A stretch of 32,000 nt of DNA from Nitrososphaerales archaeon (GCA_035626235.1 DASPOB010000029.1:17096-49095), one strand, 5' to 3'; shown: positions 6,524-14,786, numbered from the stretch's first letter. The notes: generated from the letters alone by a model not told the origin. A program made the numbers and translations.

Positions 6524-8620
6524 CTAGGCTGCAGGAGAGGAGGAGACAGCGTCCGCACGGGCAGGTAAGGGGGAGCCGAGCCTGGTCCTGTTCAGGGAGA
6601 GGGAGTTCGCTACCACACTGACTGAGCTCAGGGCCATGGCGACCCCCGCAAGAATGGGGTTCAGGTACCCTGTCGCGGCAACGGGAATCAGGATGGTGTT
6701 GTAGGCGAACGCCCAGAAGAGGTTCTGCTTTATCTTGCCCATCGTCGCCCTGCTGAGCATGATCGCGCCTCCCACGTCTCGGAGGTCGCTCTTCATCAGT
6801 ACGATGCCGGCAGTTTCGATGGCGATGTCCGTCCCGCTCCCTATCGCGATTCCCAGGTCCGCCCGGGCAAGTGCCGGGGCGTCGTTTATTCCATCCCCGA
6901 CCATCGCCACGACGTGGCCTCCGCTCTTCAGCCCTGCGACGGACTCGGATTTCTGGGCGGGAACGACGTCGGCCAGGACCTCTTCTATTCCGGCTTCAGA
7001 GGCAACCGCTTCCGCTGTCCGCGAGTTGTCCCCCGTGAGCATCACCACGCGCAGTCCGGCCTCCCTCAGCGAACGCACTGCCTCCTTGGCACTCGGCTTC
7101 AGGGTGTCGGCCACCCCGATGGCCCCTTCGGCTTTCCCGTCGACGGCGACCAGCATGGACGTCTTTCCCTTTCCTTCAAGGTCTGCGAGGGCAGACTCCG
7201 CAAGGCCGAGGTCGACCCTTTCCCTTTCCAGAAGGCTCCTGTTACCTACGATGATCGTCCTCTTTCCGACGGTCCCCCGGACGCCCATTCCCGCGAAGGC
7301 TTCAAACCCCGTTGGCCTCTCCACCAGGATCTTCATGGCCCTGGCCGCCTTGACCATGGCACGGCCCACCGGATGCTCTGAACCGACCTCCGCTGAAGCC
7401 GCCAGACCCAGGAGCTCCTCCTCCGTCAAGCTCCCGACCGACACCACGTCGGTGACAGAAGGTTCGCCGAGGGTCAGCGTCCCCGTCTTGTCCAGAACGA
7501 CCACGTCCACCTTGCCGGCGGTCTCGATGGCCTCCCCGCCCTTGATGAGGATCCCGTTGGCAGCGCCCTTGGAGGTCCCGACAACCATGGCAGCGGGAGT
7601 GGCGAGCCCGAGGGCGCACGGGCAGGCGATTATCAGGACTGCGATGAAGGCCGTGAAACCGTGGATGAAACTTGAGCCCGCTAGGTACCATGCGGCCAGG
7701 GAGCCGACCGCCACGATGACCACGACCGGCACGAAGTAGGCAGCCACCCTGTCAGCGAGCCTCTGTATTGGCGCCTGGCCCGCCTGGGCGTCCTCCACCA
7801 GTTTGACGATCTGCGCCAGGGCGGTGTCGCTGCCGACCTTGGTCGCCCGGACAGTCAGCAGCCCTGTCTTGTTCATGGTCCCGCCGTAGACATCGTCCCC
7901 CTCCGTCTTGTCGACCGGGATACTTTCGCCCGTCAGCATTGCCTCGTCGATCGCAGCATTCCCCTCGACGATCACGCCGTCCGTAGGCACCTTGTCCCCC
8001 GGCTTGATTCGAACGAGCTCCCCCACCTGCACCTCCTCCAGCGGCACTTCCGTCAGTGTCCCTCCCCGGATCACTGCCGCCTTGGACGGCCTCAGCTCCA
8101 TGAGCTTTCGGACAGACTCCGAGGCCCGTCCCCTCATCGCGTGCTCGAGGACCTTCCCCAACAGGATGAAACCGATTACGAGCGAGGAGACGTCAAAGTA
8201 TGTTCCCTGGGGAAGGGCGCCGGGGGCCAGGACCACAGCAGAGCTGTAGGCCCAGGCTGAGGTCGTCCCCACCGCGACAAGCGAGTCCATGTTCGCGGCC
8301 CTCGCCCGAATCGCATGCCACGCCCCCCTGTAGAACGGGAGGCCCGCCACAAGCTGGACGGGCGTCGCCAGGGCCAATAGGACCAGGCCCTGAGGGAAGG
8401 GTTCAGGTAGGGCGACGAACCAGGTCAGCATGAGCACCGGAACCCCGAGAACGAAACTGAGGACGGTCATCCACTCCAGCCTTCTCAGCTCTTTGGCGGG
8501 GGCCACGAAGGTCCGAAGGCAGGTTTCGCTGCAGAAGTAGAAGGTAGTGCCCCGCCGGGACACGTTAAGCGAATCGGGCCTCTCTTCGACGTACATTCCG
8601 CAGACCGGGTCCTTCGCCAA
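6524..8620 (-). CDS. copA: Heavy-metal (probably Cu+) translocating P1B-type ATPase with an N-terminal TRASH/YHS metal-binding domain
   Basis: The N-terminus 'DPVCGMYVE...FYFCSETCLRTF' is a TRASH domain. The TM motif is 'ACPCALGLATP'. Also present are 'DKTGTLT', 'SEHPVGRAM', 'MLTGDN' and 'VGDGINDAPAL'. The start is TTG at 8620. Confidence 0.92.
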   Translation of the reverse strand: MAKDPVCGMYVEERPDSLNVSRRGTTFYFCSETCLRTFVAPAKELRRLEWMTVLSFVLGVPVLMLTWFVALPEPFPQGLVLLALATPVQLVAGLPFYRGAWHAIRARAANMDSLVAVGTTSAWAYSSAVVLAPGALPQGTYFDVSSLVIGFILLGKVLEHAMRGRASESVRKLMELRPSKAAVIRGGTLTEVPLEEVQVGELVRIKPGDKVPTDGVIVEGNAAIDEAMLTGESIPVDKTEGDDVYGGTMNKTGLLTVRATKVGSDTALAQIVKLVEDAQAGQAPIQRLADRVAAYFVPVVVIVAVGSLAAWYLAGSSFIHGFTAFIAVLIIACPCALGLATPAAMVVGTSKGAANGILIKGGEAIETAGKVDVVVLDKTGTLTLGEPSVTDVVSVGSLTEEELLGLAASAEVGSEHPVGRAMVKAARAMKILVERPTGFEAFAGMGVRGTVGKRTIIVGNRSLLERERVDLGLAESALADLEGKGKTSMLVAVDGKAEGAIGVADTLKPSAKEAVRSLREAGLRVVMLTGDNSRTAEAVASEAGIEEVLADVVPAQKSESVAGLKSGGHVVAMVGDGINDAPALARADLGIAIGSGTDIAIETAGIVLMKSDLRDVGGAIMLSRATMGKIKQNLFWAFAYNTILIPVAATGYLNPILAGVAMALSSVSVVANSLSLNRTRLGSPLPARADAVSSSPAA

Positions 8621-8651
8621 CCCTGCTCCAGACTTGCACCGCCATGAGTGG

Positions 8652-8658
8652 GATAAAG
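8652..8658 (-). promoter_or_regulatory. Candidate TATA box (CTTTATC on the minus strand) for the ATPase gene
   Basis: The centre is about 35 nt upstream of the TTG start at 8620. Confidence 0.35.
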
Positions 8659-8680
8659 GAATTTGTCTGTCGGGGGAAGA

Positions 8681-8687
8681 GATATAG
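8681..8687 (+). promoter_or_regulatory. Candidate TATA box (GATATAG) for the TRASH mini-protein gene
   Basis: The centre is 30 nt upstream of the ATG at 8714. Confidence 0.4.
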
Positions 8688-8713
8688 TCGGCCCGAAAAA
8701 GTCGAAGAAAGAG

Positions 8714-8860
8714 ATGCCGAAAGACCCAGTGTGCGGCATGACGGTCGACGACAAAGCCGCGTTAAGCTCTGAGCACGAAGGCAGAGTCATCTACTTTTGC
8801 TCGCAGGGCTGCAAGAACACGTTCGACAGGAATCCGCAAAAGTACGTCCGCGTAGGCTAG
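8714..8860 (+). CDS. TRASH/YHS-domain metal-binding mini-protein (putative copper chaperone, CopM/CopT-like)
   Basis: 'MPKDPVCGMTVDDKAALSSEHEGRVIYFCSQGCKNTFDRNPQKY' has the C-x19-C-x3-C TRASH pattern and is nearly identical in design to the ATPase N-terminus. The gene is divergent from the ATPase. ATG at 8714 is preferred over the track start at 8663. Confidence 0.85.
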   Translation: MPKDPVCGMTVDDKAALSSEHEGRVIYFCSQGCKNTFDRNPQKYVRVG

Positions 8861-8896
8861 GCGAAAGCTGCCTACCCAGGGGCTCTGCCCAACGCG

Positions 8897-10321
8897 GTGG
8901 GCCGCCGGCTTCCAAGGTTTAACTCCCAGCACCCGGCTGCCGACGGAAGGCGCAACAAGATCTTGGTCGAGCAGGAGTTCGAGCGGTACGTCAAGGACAA
9001 CTTGGACGACTTTGCGAAAGAGGTGATGAGGTTGACGGCGCAGCCCAGCGTCTCGGCGAGGCACGAGGGCATCGAGGAATGCGCGAAGCTGGTCGAGAGG
9101 ATGTTGACGGAGCTCGGGGCAACCACGAAGGTTCTGAGACTCGAGGGGGCCGCCCCACTGGTCTTCGGCGAACTCAAGTCGTCCCGTTCGAGCAAGACGG
9201 TCCTGTTCTACAACCACTACGACGTGCAGCCCGAGGAGCCGCTGGACCTTTGGAAGTCGCCCCCCTTCAAGCCGGTGTTGAAGGACGGGAGAATCTACGG
9301 CAGGGGAGTATCGGATGACAAGGGGGAACTCGTTTCCAGGCTCAAGATAGTCGAGTCCTACATCGAGACCGCGGGCGAACCTCCCTGCAATGTCAAGTTC
9401 TGCTTCGAAGGCGAGGAGGAAGTGGGGAGCGTCCACCTCGACCAGTACGTTTCCAAGAACAGCGACCTGTTCAAGGCAGACGCCGTTTTCTGGGAGTTCG
9501 GCGAGGTGGATGCCGCGCTCAGGCCCATCGTCAGTCTTGGAGTCAAGGGGATGATCTACCTGGAGTTCGTGCTCAAGTCTCTTTCCCAGGACGCGCACAG
9601 CAGTTACGGTGCCGCCCTGCCCAGCGCTCCCTGGAGGCTTGTCAAGATGCTGAATTTGCTGAAGGACGAAAACGAGAGGATACTCGTGCCCGGCTGGTAC
9701 GACAAGGTCGAGGCCCTGAGCGAGCAGGAGATGGCCGTGCTTGAGGAGCAGCCCTTCGACGCCGAGTCCTTCAAGAAGACCTACGGTGCCGCGGAGTTCG
9801 TCGGCGGCATGAGTGACGCCCAGGCCAAGAAGGCGCTCGTTCAGAGGCCTACGGGCAACATTGCTGGAATATGGGCGGGCTACACCGGCCCCGGCTCCAA
9901 GACCGTGCTCCCGAAGGAGATTCACTGCAAGATGGACTTCCGTCTGGTGCCTGACCAGGACCCGGATGACCTCCTCAGGAAGCTCAGGGCGCACCTGGAT
10001 AGCAAAGGGTTCGCCGACGTAAGGATTGAGTTGGACAGCATGGAACCTGCCGCCCGCACCCTTTACACCGATCCCTTTGCCCAGTCAGCCATAAGGGCCG
10101 CGCGCAGGGTCTACAACAAGGAGCCCATAGTGAGACTTTCTTCGCCCGGGACCGGCCCCCTGTACGTTTTCACGAGGCGGTACAAGATGCCGTCGATCGA
10201 CATCGGGGTCTCCGGAGAGGACGCCGCGATACACGCGCCCAACGAGAACCTCAGGCTCGACCTGCTGGAGAAGGGGATGCTCTGGATAGCAGATACGATG
10301 GAAGGTTTCGTGGCTTCATGA
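8897..10321 (+). CDS. M20-family metallopeptidase (ArgE/DapE/CPG2-like dipeptidase/deacylase)
   Basis: 'LFYNHYDVQPEEP..W..PPF', 'GRIYGRGVSDDKG', 'FEGEEEVGS' and 'IHAPNENL'. The start is uncertain: GTG at 8897 gives the longest ORF, and TTG at 8963 would give MVEQEFERYVKDNLDDF..., a typical family N-terminus. Confidence 0.88.
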   Translation: MGRRLPRFNSQHPAADGRRNKILVEQEFERYVKDNLDDFAKEVMRLTAQPSVSARHEGIEECAKLVERMLTELGATTKVLRLEGAAPLVFGELKSSRSSKTVLFYNHYDVQPEEPLDLWKSPPFKPVLKDGRIYGRGVSDDKGELVSRLKIVESYIETAGEPPCNVKFCFEGEEEVGSVHLDQYVSKNSDLFKADAVFWEFGEVDAALRPIVSLGVKGMIYLEFVLKSLSQDAHSSYGAALPSAPWRLVKMLNLLKDENERILVPGWYDKVEALSEQEMAVLEEQPFDAESFKKTYGAAEFVGGMSDAQAKKALVQRPTGNIAGIWAGYTGPGSKTVLPKEIHCKMDFRLVPDQDPDDLLRKLRAHLDSKGFADVRIELDSMEPAARTLYTDPFAQSAIRAARRVYNKEPIVRLSSPGTGPLYVFTRRYKMPSIDIGVSGEDAAIHAPNENLRLDLLEKGMLWIADTMEGFVAS

Positions 10322-10322
10322 C

Positions 10323-10913
10323 TCACCACTTGCTGAGGTTTCCTTCTAGGAGACCCAGCCCAAGATGGTCTCGGTCTATGTGCCTGGAGAGTTCCTTGGC
10401 GTCCTTTTCGTGAGCCCCGCAGTACGGACAGCTCAGACCGCCCGGCTCTGCCAGCTGCGGAAGGGGGACGCGTTTCCTGACCCTTCCGGTGACGAGGCTC
10501 ATTTGAGTGACCAGGCCGACGAACCTTCCCCTGCGCGTGACGCCAAGACGGCTGATTCCTGCCCTGGACATCTTGGCGATCGCTTCGCTCGCCTTCGCTG
10601 CCTCCTCAATGGTCTCCACAGGAGCACTCATCACCGTGCCCACCGTCGTGGTGTTCGGGTCGAGCCCCTCGGCTACCACCTTGTAGAGGATGTCGCGCTC
10701 TGTCACAAGCCCCACAAGGCCCTCGCCTTCCATGACGACAGCCTCCATGGCTCCCTCGGCTCGCATGGCCGCAGCCGCTTCTGCGACTGACTGCTTGATC
10801 GAGGTCCTCGCGAAGTCGCTCTGGGTGTACTCGGAAACTTTCCGGGCCAGGCCCTCCCTTAGTCCCACGATTGGCGGCGGCTGAACCTCTCTAATAGATG
10901 TTCTCGGCTTCAA
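10323..10913 (-). CDS. CBS-pair domain protein with a C-terminal C2H2-like zinc finger
   Basis: CBS-type segments are 'AVVMEGEGLVGLVTERDILYKVV' and 'RLGVTRRGRFVGLVTQMSL'. The C-terminus is 'CPYCGAHEKDAKELSRHIDRDH'. The start is TTG at 10913, or GTG at 10868, which has a TATA-like CTATTAGA about 25 nt upstream. Confidence 0.8.
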   Translation of the reverse strand: MKPRTSIREVQPPPIVGLREGLARKVSEYTQSDFARTSIKQSVAEAAAAMRAEGAMEAVVMEGEGLVGLVTERDILYKVVAEGLDPNTTTVGTVMSAPVETIEEAAKASEAIAKMSRAGISRLGVTRRGRFVGLVTQMSLVTGRVRKRVPLPQLAEPGGLSCPYCGAHEKDAKELSRHIDRDHLGLGLLEGNLSKW

Positions 10914-10916
10914 GCG

Positions 10917-10922
10917 TTAAAT
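10917..10922 (+). promoter_or_regulatory. TATA box (TTAAAT) for the saccharopine-dehydrogenase-family gene
   Basis: The centre is 27 nt upstream of the ATG at 10947, which is leaderless spacing. Confidence 0.5.
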
Positions 10923-10946
10923 CCATCCTCCGAAGCCAGACCGGGC

Positions 10947-12071
10947 ATGAAGGTCGGCGTTCTCGGCTCCGGCCTGATGGGCTCGGTGATCTCATGGGAC
11001 CTGGCTCGCTCCAAGGGGATAGACGAGGTCGTGGTTGCGGACATCGACCCCGAAAGGCTTTCCTCGCTCAGGCGGCGGGCCGGCGGAAGGAAACTCTCGG
11101 TGGAGGTCGTAGACCTCAGGGACCCAGCAAAGACGGCCCGTTTCGTGAAGGGGTTCGACGTGCTCGCCTCGGCCCTCCCCCACGGGGTCGTGAACCTCGT
11201 CGACGTGGCTGCCGTGAAAGCGGGGTCCAAGATGGTCGACATCGCGTTCGAGGACGCACAGATGGGACTCGATGTGGAAGCCAAGAAGCGCGATTCCCTT
11301 CTGATTCCGGGCTGCGGGCTCGCCCCTGGATTGGGAGGGATCCTTCTCGCGCACGCCGTGAGGAACCTGGCGGGGGCGTACGAAGGGCACATACTTGTGG
11401 GGGGCATACCAGAGCACCCGGTCGGACCGTTCGACTACAGGCTCGTGTTTTCGATAGTGGGCCTGCTCAGGGAGTACATAGAGGAGGCCCGCGTGTTCAG
11501 GGGAGGGAAACTGGTCAGAGTGATGCCATTCTCCGAAGTGGAGAAGGTTCAATTCCCGGAGCCTGTCGGCACCCTGGAGGCCTTCTGTACTGACGGGCTC
11601 GCGAGCCTCGTCTACACCATGAAGAGTCTGAAGGTGCTGGACGAGAAGACGCTCAGGTGGCCAGGACATGCCCAGAAGATGAACGTCCTGATGGAATCCG
11701 GATTCTTCTCGAGGGAGAAGGTCAGGGTCGCCGGCGCCGAAGTTTCGCCTCTCGAGGTATCCTACGCGGTCCTAGGAAGGAAGCTGAGCGAAGGGGACCC
11801 TCACGACATCACCGTGATGAGGGTCGTCGCGAAGTCGCGCAGACAGGAGGTGGTGTACGACATGGTGGACAGGTACGACGACGACAACGCGGTCACTTCT
11901 ATGGGGAAGACGACCGGATACACGGCTTCCATAGTGGCGCAGATGGTGGGCTCGGGCGAGATAAGTGGCAAGGGAGTCATCCCCCCAGAGACGGCGGTGC
12001 ATGGGATGCTGGTGGAGAGACTGCAAGCCGAGCTGGGACGCCGGGGCGTGAAGATATCGGTCCGCGAGTAG
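10947..12071 (+). CDS. Saccharopine dehydrogenase-family NAD(P)-dependent oxidoreductase
   Basis: N-terminal Rossmann 'MKVGVLGSGLMGSVISWDL', 'IPGCGLAPGL', and a C-terminal Sacchrp_dh-like region 'TSMGKTTGYTASIVAQM'. Confidence 0.8.
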   Translation: MKVGVLGSGLMGSVISWDLARSKGIDEVVVADIDPERLSSLRRRAGGRKLSVEVVDLRDPAKTARFVKGFDVLASALPHGVVNLVDVAAVKAGSKMVDIAFEDAQMGLDVEAKKRDSLLIPGCGLAPGLGGILLAHAVRNLAGAYEGHILVGGIPEHPVGPFDYRLVFSIVGLLREYIEEARVFRGGKLVRVMPFSEVEKVQFPEPVGTLEAFCTDGLASLVYTMKSLKVLDEKTLRWPGHAQKMNVLMESGFFSREKVRVAGAEVSPLEVSYAVLGRKLSEGDPHDITVMRVVAKSRRQEVVYDMVDRYDDDNAVTSMGKTTGYTASIVAQMVGSGEISGKGVIPPETAVHGMLVERLQAELGRRGVKISVRE

Positions 12072-12146
12072 CCCGCCCCGACGCGATGTTGGAAAGGACG
12101 AGCACGGACCATGCGGAGCCTCTTCCAGGGGCTACCTGATCGGCGG

Positions 12147-12656
12147 TCATGCCGTCGTCGTGTACTCTTGCATGTGATAGACAAGGGGCTTCTTGTTCGC
12201 CATGGCAGAGGCGCTGGTCACCTCGCCAAGGACGAGCGAGTGGTCCCCGCCCTCGTACACGCGCCAGACACTGCATTCGATCGCGGCTAGCGCCCCCCGG
12301 ATCAGCGGGGATCCCGTGGTTCCGGCGTAGAAGTTGACTCCTTCGAACCTCTGTTTCGAGTCGAGCCTCCCTGCGAAACGCTCCGAGATTCTCTTCTGAT
12401 CCGAGGCAAGGAGGTTTACTGCGAAGTGACCCGTTCGCACGAGCGAGCCGTGAACGTCTGAGGCCTTGCCGATAGAGACGAGAACCAGGGGCGGGTCTAG
12501 CGAGACGCTGGTGAAAGAACTGACCGTTAACCCCACCGGCCCCCGTTTCGTCTGAGTCGTGACCACAGTCACTCCCTGGGGGAACAGCCGCATGACTCCC
12601 TTCAGCTTGCCCGCGATTTCGCCGCCGGCCCTGCGACGCCGGTCTCCCCCGCTCAT
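12147..12656 (-). CDS. Flavin reductase-like FMN-binding protein (split barrel)
   Basis: 'MRLFPQGVTVVTT...GLTVSSFTSVSLDPPLVLVSI' and 'FAVNLL' match the Flavin_Reduct family pattern. Confidence 0.85.
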   Translation of the reverse strand: MSGGDRRRRAGGEIAGKLKGVMRLFPQGVTVVTTQTKRGPVGLTVSSFTSVSLDPPLVLVSIGKASDVHGSLVRTGHFAVNLLASDQKRISERFAGRLDSKQRFEGVNFYAGTTGSPLIRGALAAIECSVWRVYEGGDHSLVLGEVTSASAMANKKPLVYHMQEYTTTA

Positions 12657-12679
12657 TGGAGTCGCGCTGCCCGAACTCG

Positions 12680-12686
12680 TTAAAAG
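12680..12686. promoter_or_regulatory. Single near-palindromic TATA element (TTAAAAG / CTTTTAA) centred between two divergent start codons
   Basis: The centre (12683) is 27 nt from the minus-strand ATG (12656) and 30 nt from the plus-strand in-frame GTG (12713). Confidence 0.5.
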
Positions 12687-12712
12687 GATTGTCCGGGGAA
12701 GTCGACGCTGGC

Positions 12713-13066
12713 GTGGCGGGCCCTCATCGAAGGCGAATACCGAAGTCTTTCCTCGAGAGAGCGGTGTATTCCTTTCTTCTGATCGCCGCGGTCGTTCTCC
12801 TTGGAACCATGGTGATGCACTCGATTGAAGGCTGGTCCTACGTGGACTCCTTCTACTTCACCAGCATGATCGCGACGGGCCAGGGACCCCCGGCCAACCT
12901 GGACCCGCAGTCGGCCTTCGGGAAAGTGTTCACGTCACTCTTGGCGTTCATCTCAGTCGGAACGGTGGTGTCCGCCCTCCTATTCCTGTTCGGACCATTT
13001 TTCGGGCGCGTCTTCCGCCTCAGTGTGGAGAGGATAGAAGAGGCGGAGAAGGAGCACGAAAGCTAG
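12713..13066 (+). CDS. Miniature 2-TM ion-channel-like protein (K+ channel pore fold, non-canonical filter ATGQG)
   Basis: TM1 is 'AVYSFLLIAAVVLLGTMVMHSI', the pore helix and filter are 'WSYVDSFYFTSMIATGQGPP', and TM2 is 'FGKVFTSLLAFISVGTVVSALLFLFGPFF'. GTG at 12713 is preferred on TATA spacing; the longest ORF starts at TTG 12656. Confidence 0.7.
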   Translation: MAGPHRRRIPKSFLERAVYSFLLIAAVVLLGTMVMHSIEGWSYVDSFYFTSMIATGQGPPANLDPQSAFGKVFTSLLAFISVGTVVSALLFLFGPFFGRVFRLSVERIEEAEKEHES

Positions 13067-13068
13067 GG

Positions 13069-14055
13069 CTAGGCCGCGCTGACAACGACGTAGGCAGCCG
13101 CAGCCAACAAGGCGGTCATCGGAATAGTAATCACCCAGGCCCATATGATCCTCCTGGCGACCCCCCATCTCACCGAGGACGCCCCCCGGGTGGCCCCCGA
13201 CCCCATCACCGCGCCGCTGACGACGTGGGTGGTGCTGACCGGGATCCCCCGCAGAGAGGCTGCGATGATGGTGGCGGCGGCCCCCGTTTCGATCGAGAAG
13301 CCGTGCACCGGGTCGAGCCGCGTCATCTTGAACCCGAGCGTCCTCACAATCCGCCATCCTCCGAAGGAGGTCCCCAGTGCTATGGAAGAAGCCGCGAGGA
13401 CCGCGACCCAAAGAGGCACCTTGAAGCTCGGCAGGTACCCTGTGGAGACCAGGAGGAGGGTCACGACCCCCATGGTTTTCTGAGCGTCGTTGGTGCCGTG
13501 GCTGAGGCTCACAAGTGCCGAGGAAACAAGCTGCAGCCTCCTGAAATATCTGTTGACAACTTCTAATGCCTTCTTGAAGAAAATATGAATAAGCAATGTC
13601 ATCAGGGTGAAGGCAACTAAGAAGCCGACGATGGGTGATATTACCATGAAGGAGACCACTGTCTCGAGCCCAGTCCAGCCGAGAGAGCCTGGCCCCGCCT
13701 TCACGACCGCCGCCCCCACGAGCCCGCCGATCAGGGCGTGAGAAGAGCTGGAAGGAAGACCGAGATACCACGTCAGCAGGTCCCAGCAGATTGCACCGAC
13801 CAGGGCCGCCAGGATCAGGTTGGGCGTTACCACCTGCGAGCTGACAATCCCAGTGCCGATGAATGTGGCCACGGCTACTCCGAACACCGCGAACGCGATG
13901 AAGTTGAAGAAAGCGGCCATGGAGACCGCAGCTACCGGGGGCAGGACCCGGGTGGAAATCACGGTTGCAACTGAATTGGCCGCGTCATGGAACCCGTTGA
14001 CGAAGTCGAAGCCGTACGCCACCGCTATTATGCCGATGACGTAGGACGAGAGCAA
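13069..14055 (-). CDS. Inorganic phosphate transporter, PiT (PHO4) family
   Basis: It has the duplicated signature 'GFHDAANSVAT' and 'HGTNDAQKTMG' and is polytopic and hydrophobic throughout. Confidence 0.92.
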   Translation of the reverse strand: MLSSYVIGIIAVAYGFDFVNGFHDAANSVATVISTRVLPPVAAVSMAAFFNFIAFAVFGVAVATFIGTGIVSSQVVTPNLILAALVGAICWDLLTWYLGLPSSSSHALIGGLVGAAVVKAGPGSLGWTGLETVVSFMVISPIVGFLVAFTLMTLLIHIFFKKALEVVNRYFRRLQLVSSALVSLSHGTNDAQKTMGVVTLLLVSTGYLPSFKVPLWVAVLAASSIALGTSFGGWRIVRTLGFKMTRLDPVHGFSIETGAAATIIAASLRGIPVSTTHVVSGAVMGSGATRGASSVRWGVARRIIWAWVITIPMTALLAAAAYVVVSAA

Positions 14056-14065
14056 GCGTGCCCCT

Positions 14066-14689
14066 TCAGCTGCTTATCATTACGTCCCTCAGCACAAAGC
14101 TGACGCTCTCGCACCTGTCCGTCACGGTCTCCATGTACTCGTAGATTTCCTTGAGCTTGAAGATGGTGATGGTATCTCCGCTCTTGAACAGAGCGGCCAG
14201 GGCCTCGTTAAGGAGCACATCGGCTTCATTTTCCAGCCTGTCCACTTCGATGCACCGCTTGTCTATCTCCTTCTTGTCGGTCCTCCGTACGGAGAGGACG
14301 GCGTGGTGTAGATTCTCCACCGACTCCCTGATGATGCCCGCGAATCTCAGCATGGGCTCGGTGGGGCCCTGTATTTCGAAGAGCACGAGCTTGTTCATTA
14401 TGGCGTTCATGAAGTCTAGGACGTCGTCGTACATCGAGGCAAGCCTGGTAAGGTCGTCCTGAGAGATCGGGGTTATGAAGCTCCTGTTGACCCTCTCGTA
14501 GATCTGGTGGACGATGTTGTCAGTGTTGTGTTCAAGGTCCTTGAACTCCCTTCTCCTTTCTTCCATGCCGTCAAACGACTTCACTGCGTCTTCGAATTTT
14601 TCTGCCCCCTCAGAGATGGACGAGGACTCGTCTTCAAGGAGGTCAAAGAAGACCTTGTCCTGGGGAATTATCCATTCCTTGATTCCCAT
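14066..14689 (-). CDS. DUF47/PhoU-like accessory protein of PiT transporters (TIGR00153-like)
   Basis: 'FFDLLEDESSSISEGAEKFEDAV', 'LEHNTDNIVHQIYERVNRSFITP' and 'LENEADVLLNEALAALF'. It sits immediately upstream of PiT, with a 10-nt gap, as is typical. Confidence 0.85.
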   Translation of the reverse strand: MGIKEWIIPQDKVFFDLLEDESSSISEGAEKFEDAVKSFDGMEERRREFKDLEHNTDNIVHQIYERVNRSFITPISQDDLTRLASMYDDVLDFMNAIMNKLVLFEIQGPTEPMLRFAGIIRESVENLHHAVLSVRRTDKKEIDKRCIEVDRLENEADVLLNEALAALFKSGDTITIFKLKEIYEYMETVTDRCESVSFVLRDVMISS

Positions 14690-14716
14690 TTCTCGCTTGG
14701 ACGCCCAGACGAGGAA

Positions 14717-14724
14717 GTATTATC
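14717..14724 (-). promoter_or_regulatory. Candidate TATA box (GATAATAC on the minus strand) for the DUF47-PiT operon
   Basis: The centre is about 31 nt upstream of the ATG at 14689. Confidence 0.4.
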
Positions 14725-14754
14725 CTTTGTCAAAGCCCTGGCCGAGGGCGAACG

Positions 14755-14761
14755 CTTTATC
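14755..14761 (+). promoter_or_regulatory. Candidate TATA box (CTTTATC) for the GNAT gene
   Basis: The centre is 29 nt upstream of the in-frame TTG at 14787. Confidence 0.4.
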
Positions 14762-14786
14762 GAAGGAGGCCTCTACGACGTCGAAG

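Noticed and set aside
6735-7739. A 334-aa ORF antisense to the P-type ATPase. Similar long shadow ORFs occur at 5270-6055, 4876-5727, 16425-17225, 29959-30933, 10898-11593, 10992-11669, 12980-13771 and 22775-23362.
   Set aside because: All lie antisense to, or out of frame with, genes that have strong family motifs. Their sequences are low-complexity and Ser/Pro/Arg/Ala-rich, with no motifs of their own.
8762-9994. A 410-aa ORF antisense to the M20 peptidase gene
   Set aside because: Its R/L/G/E/V-rich composition is typical of shadow ORFs in high-GC DNA. It has no recognisable motifs, and the opposite strand carries clear M20 signatures over the same span.
14514-14786. The 5' part of the 270-aa track ORF preceding the GNAT domain
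   Set aside because: It overlaps the DUF47 gene on the opposite strand and has no GNAT similarity. The GNAT fold begins at KISIRRG, right after the in-frame TTG at 14787, which has a TATA-like element at -29.
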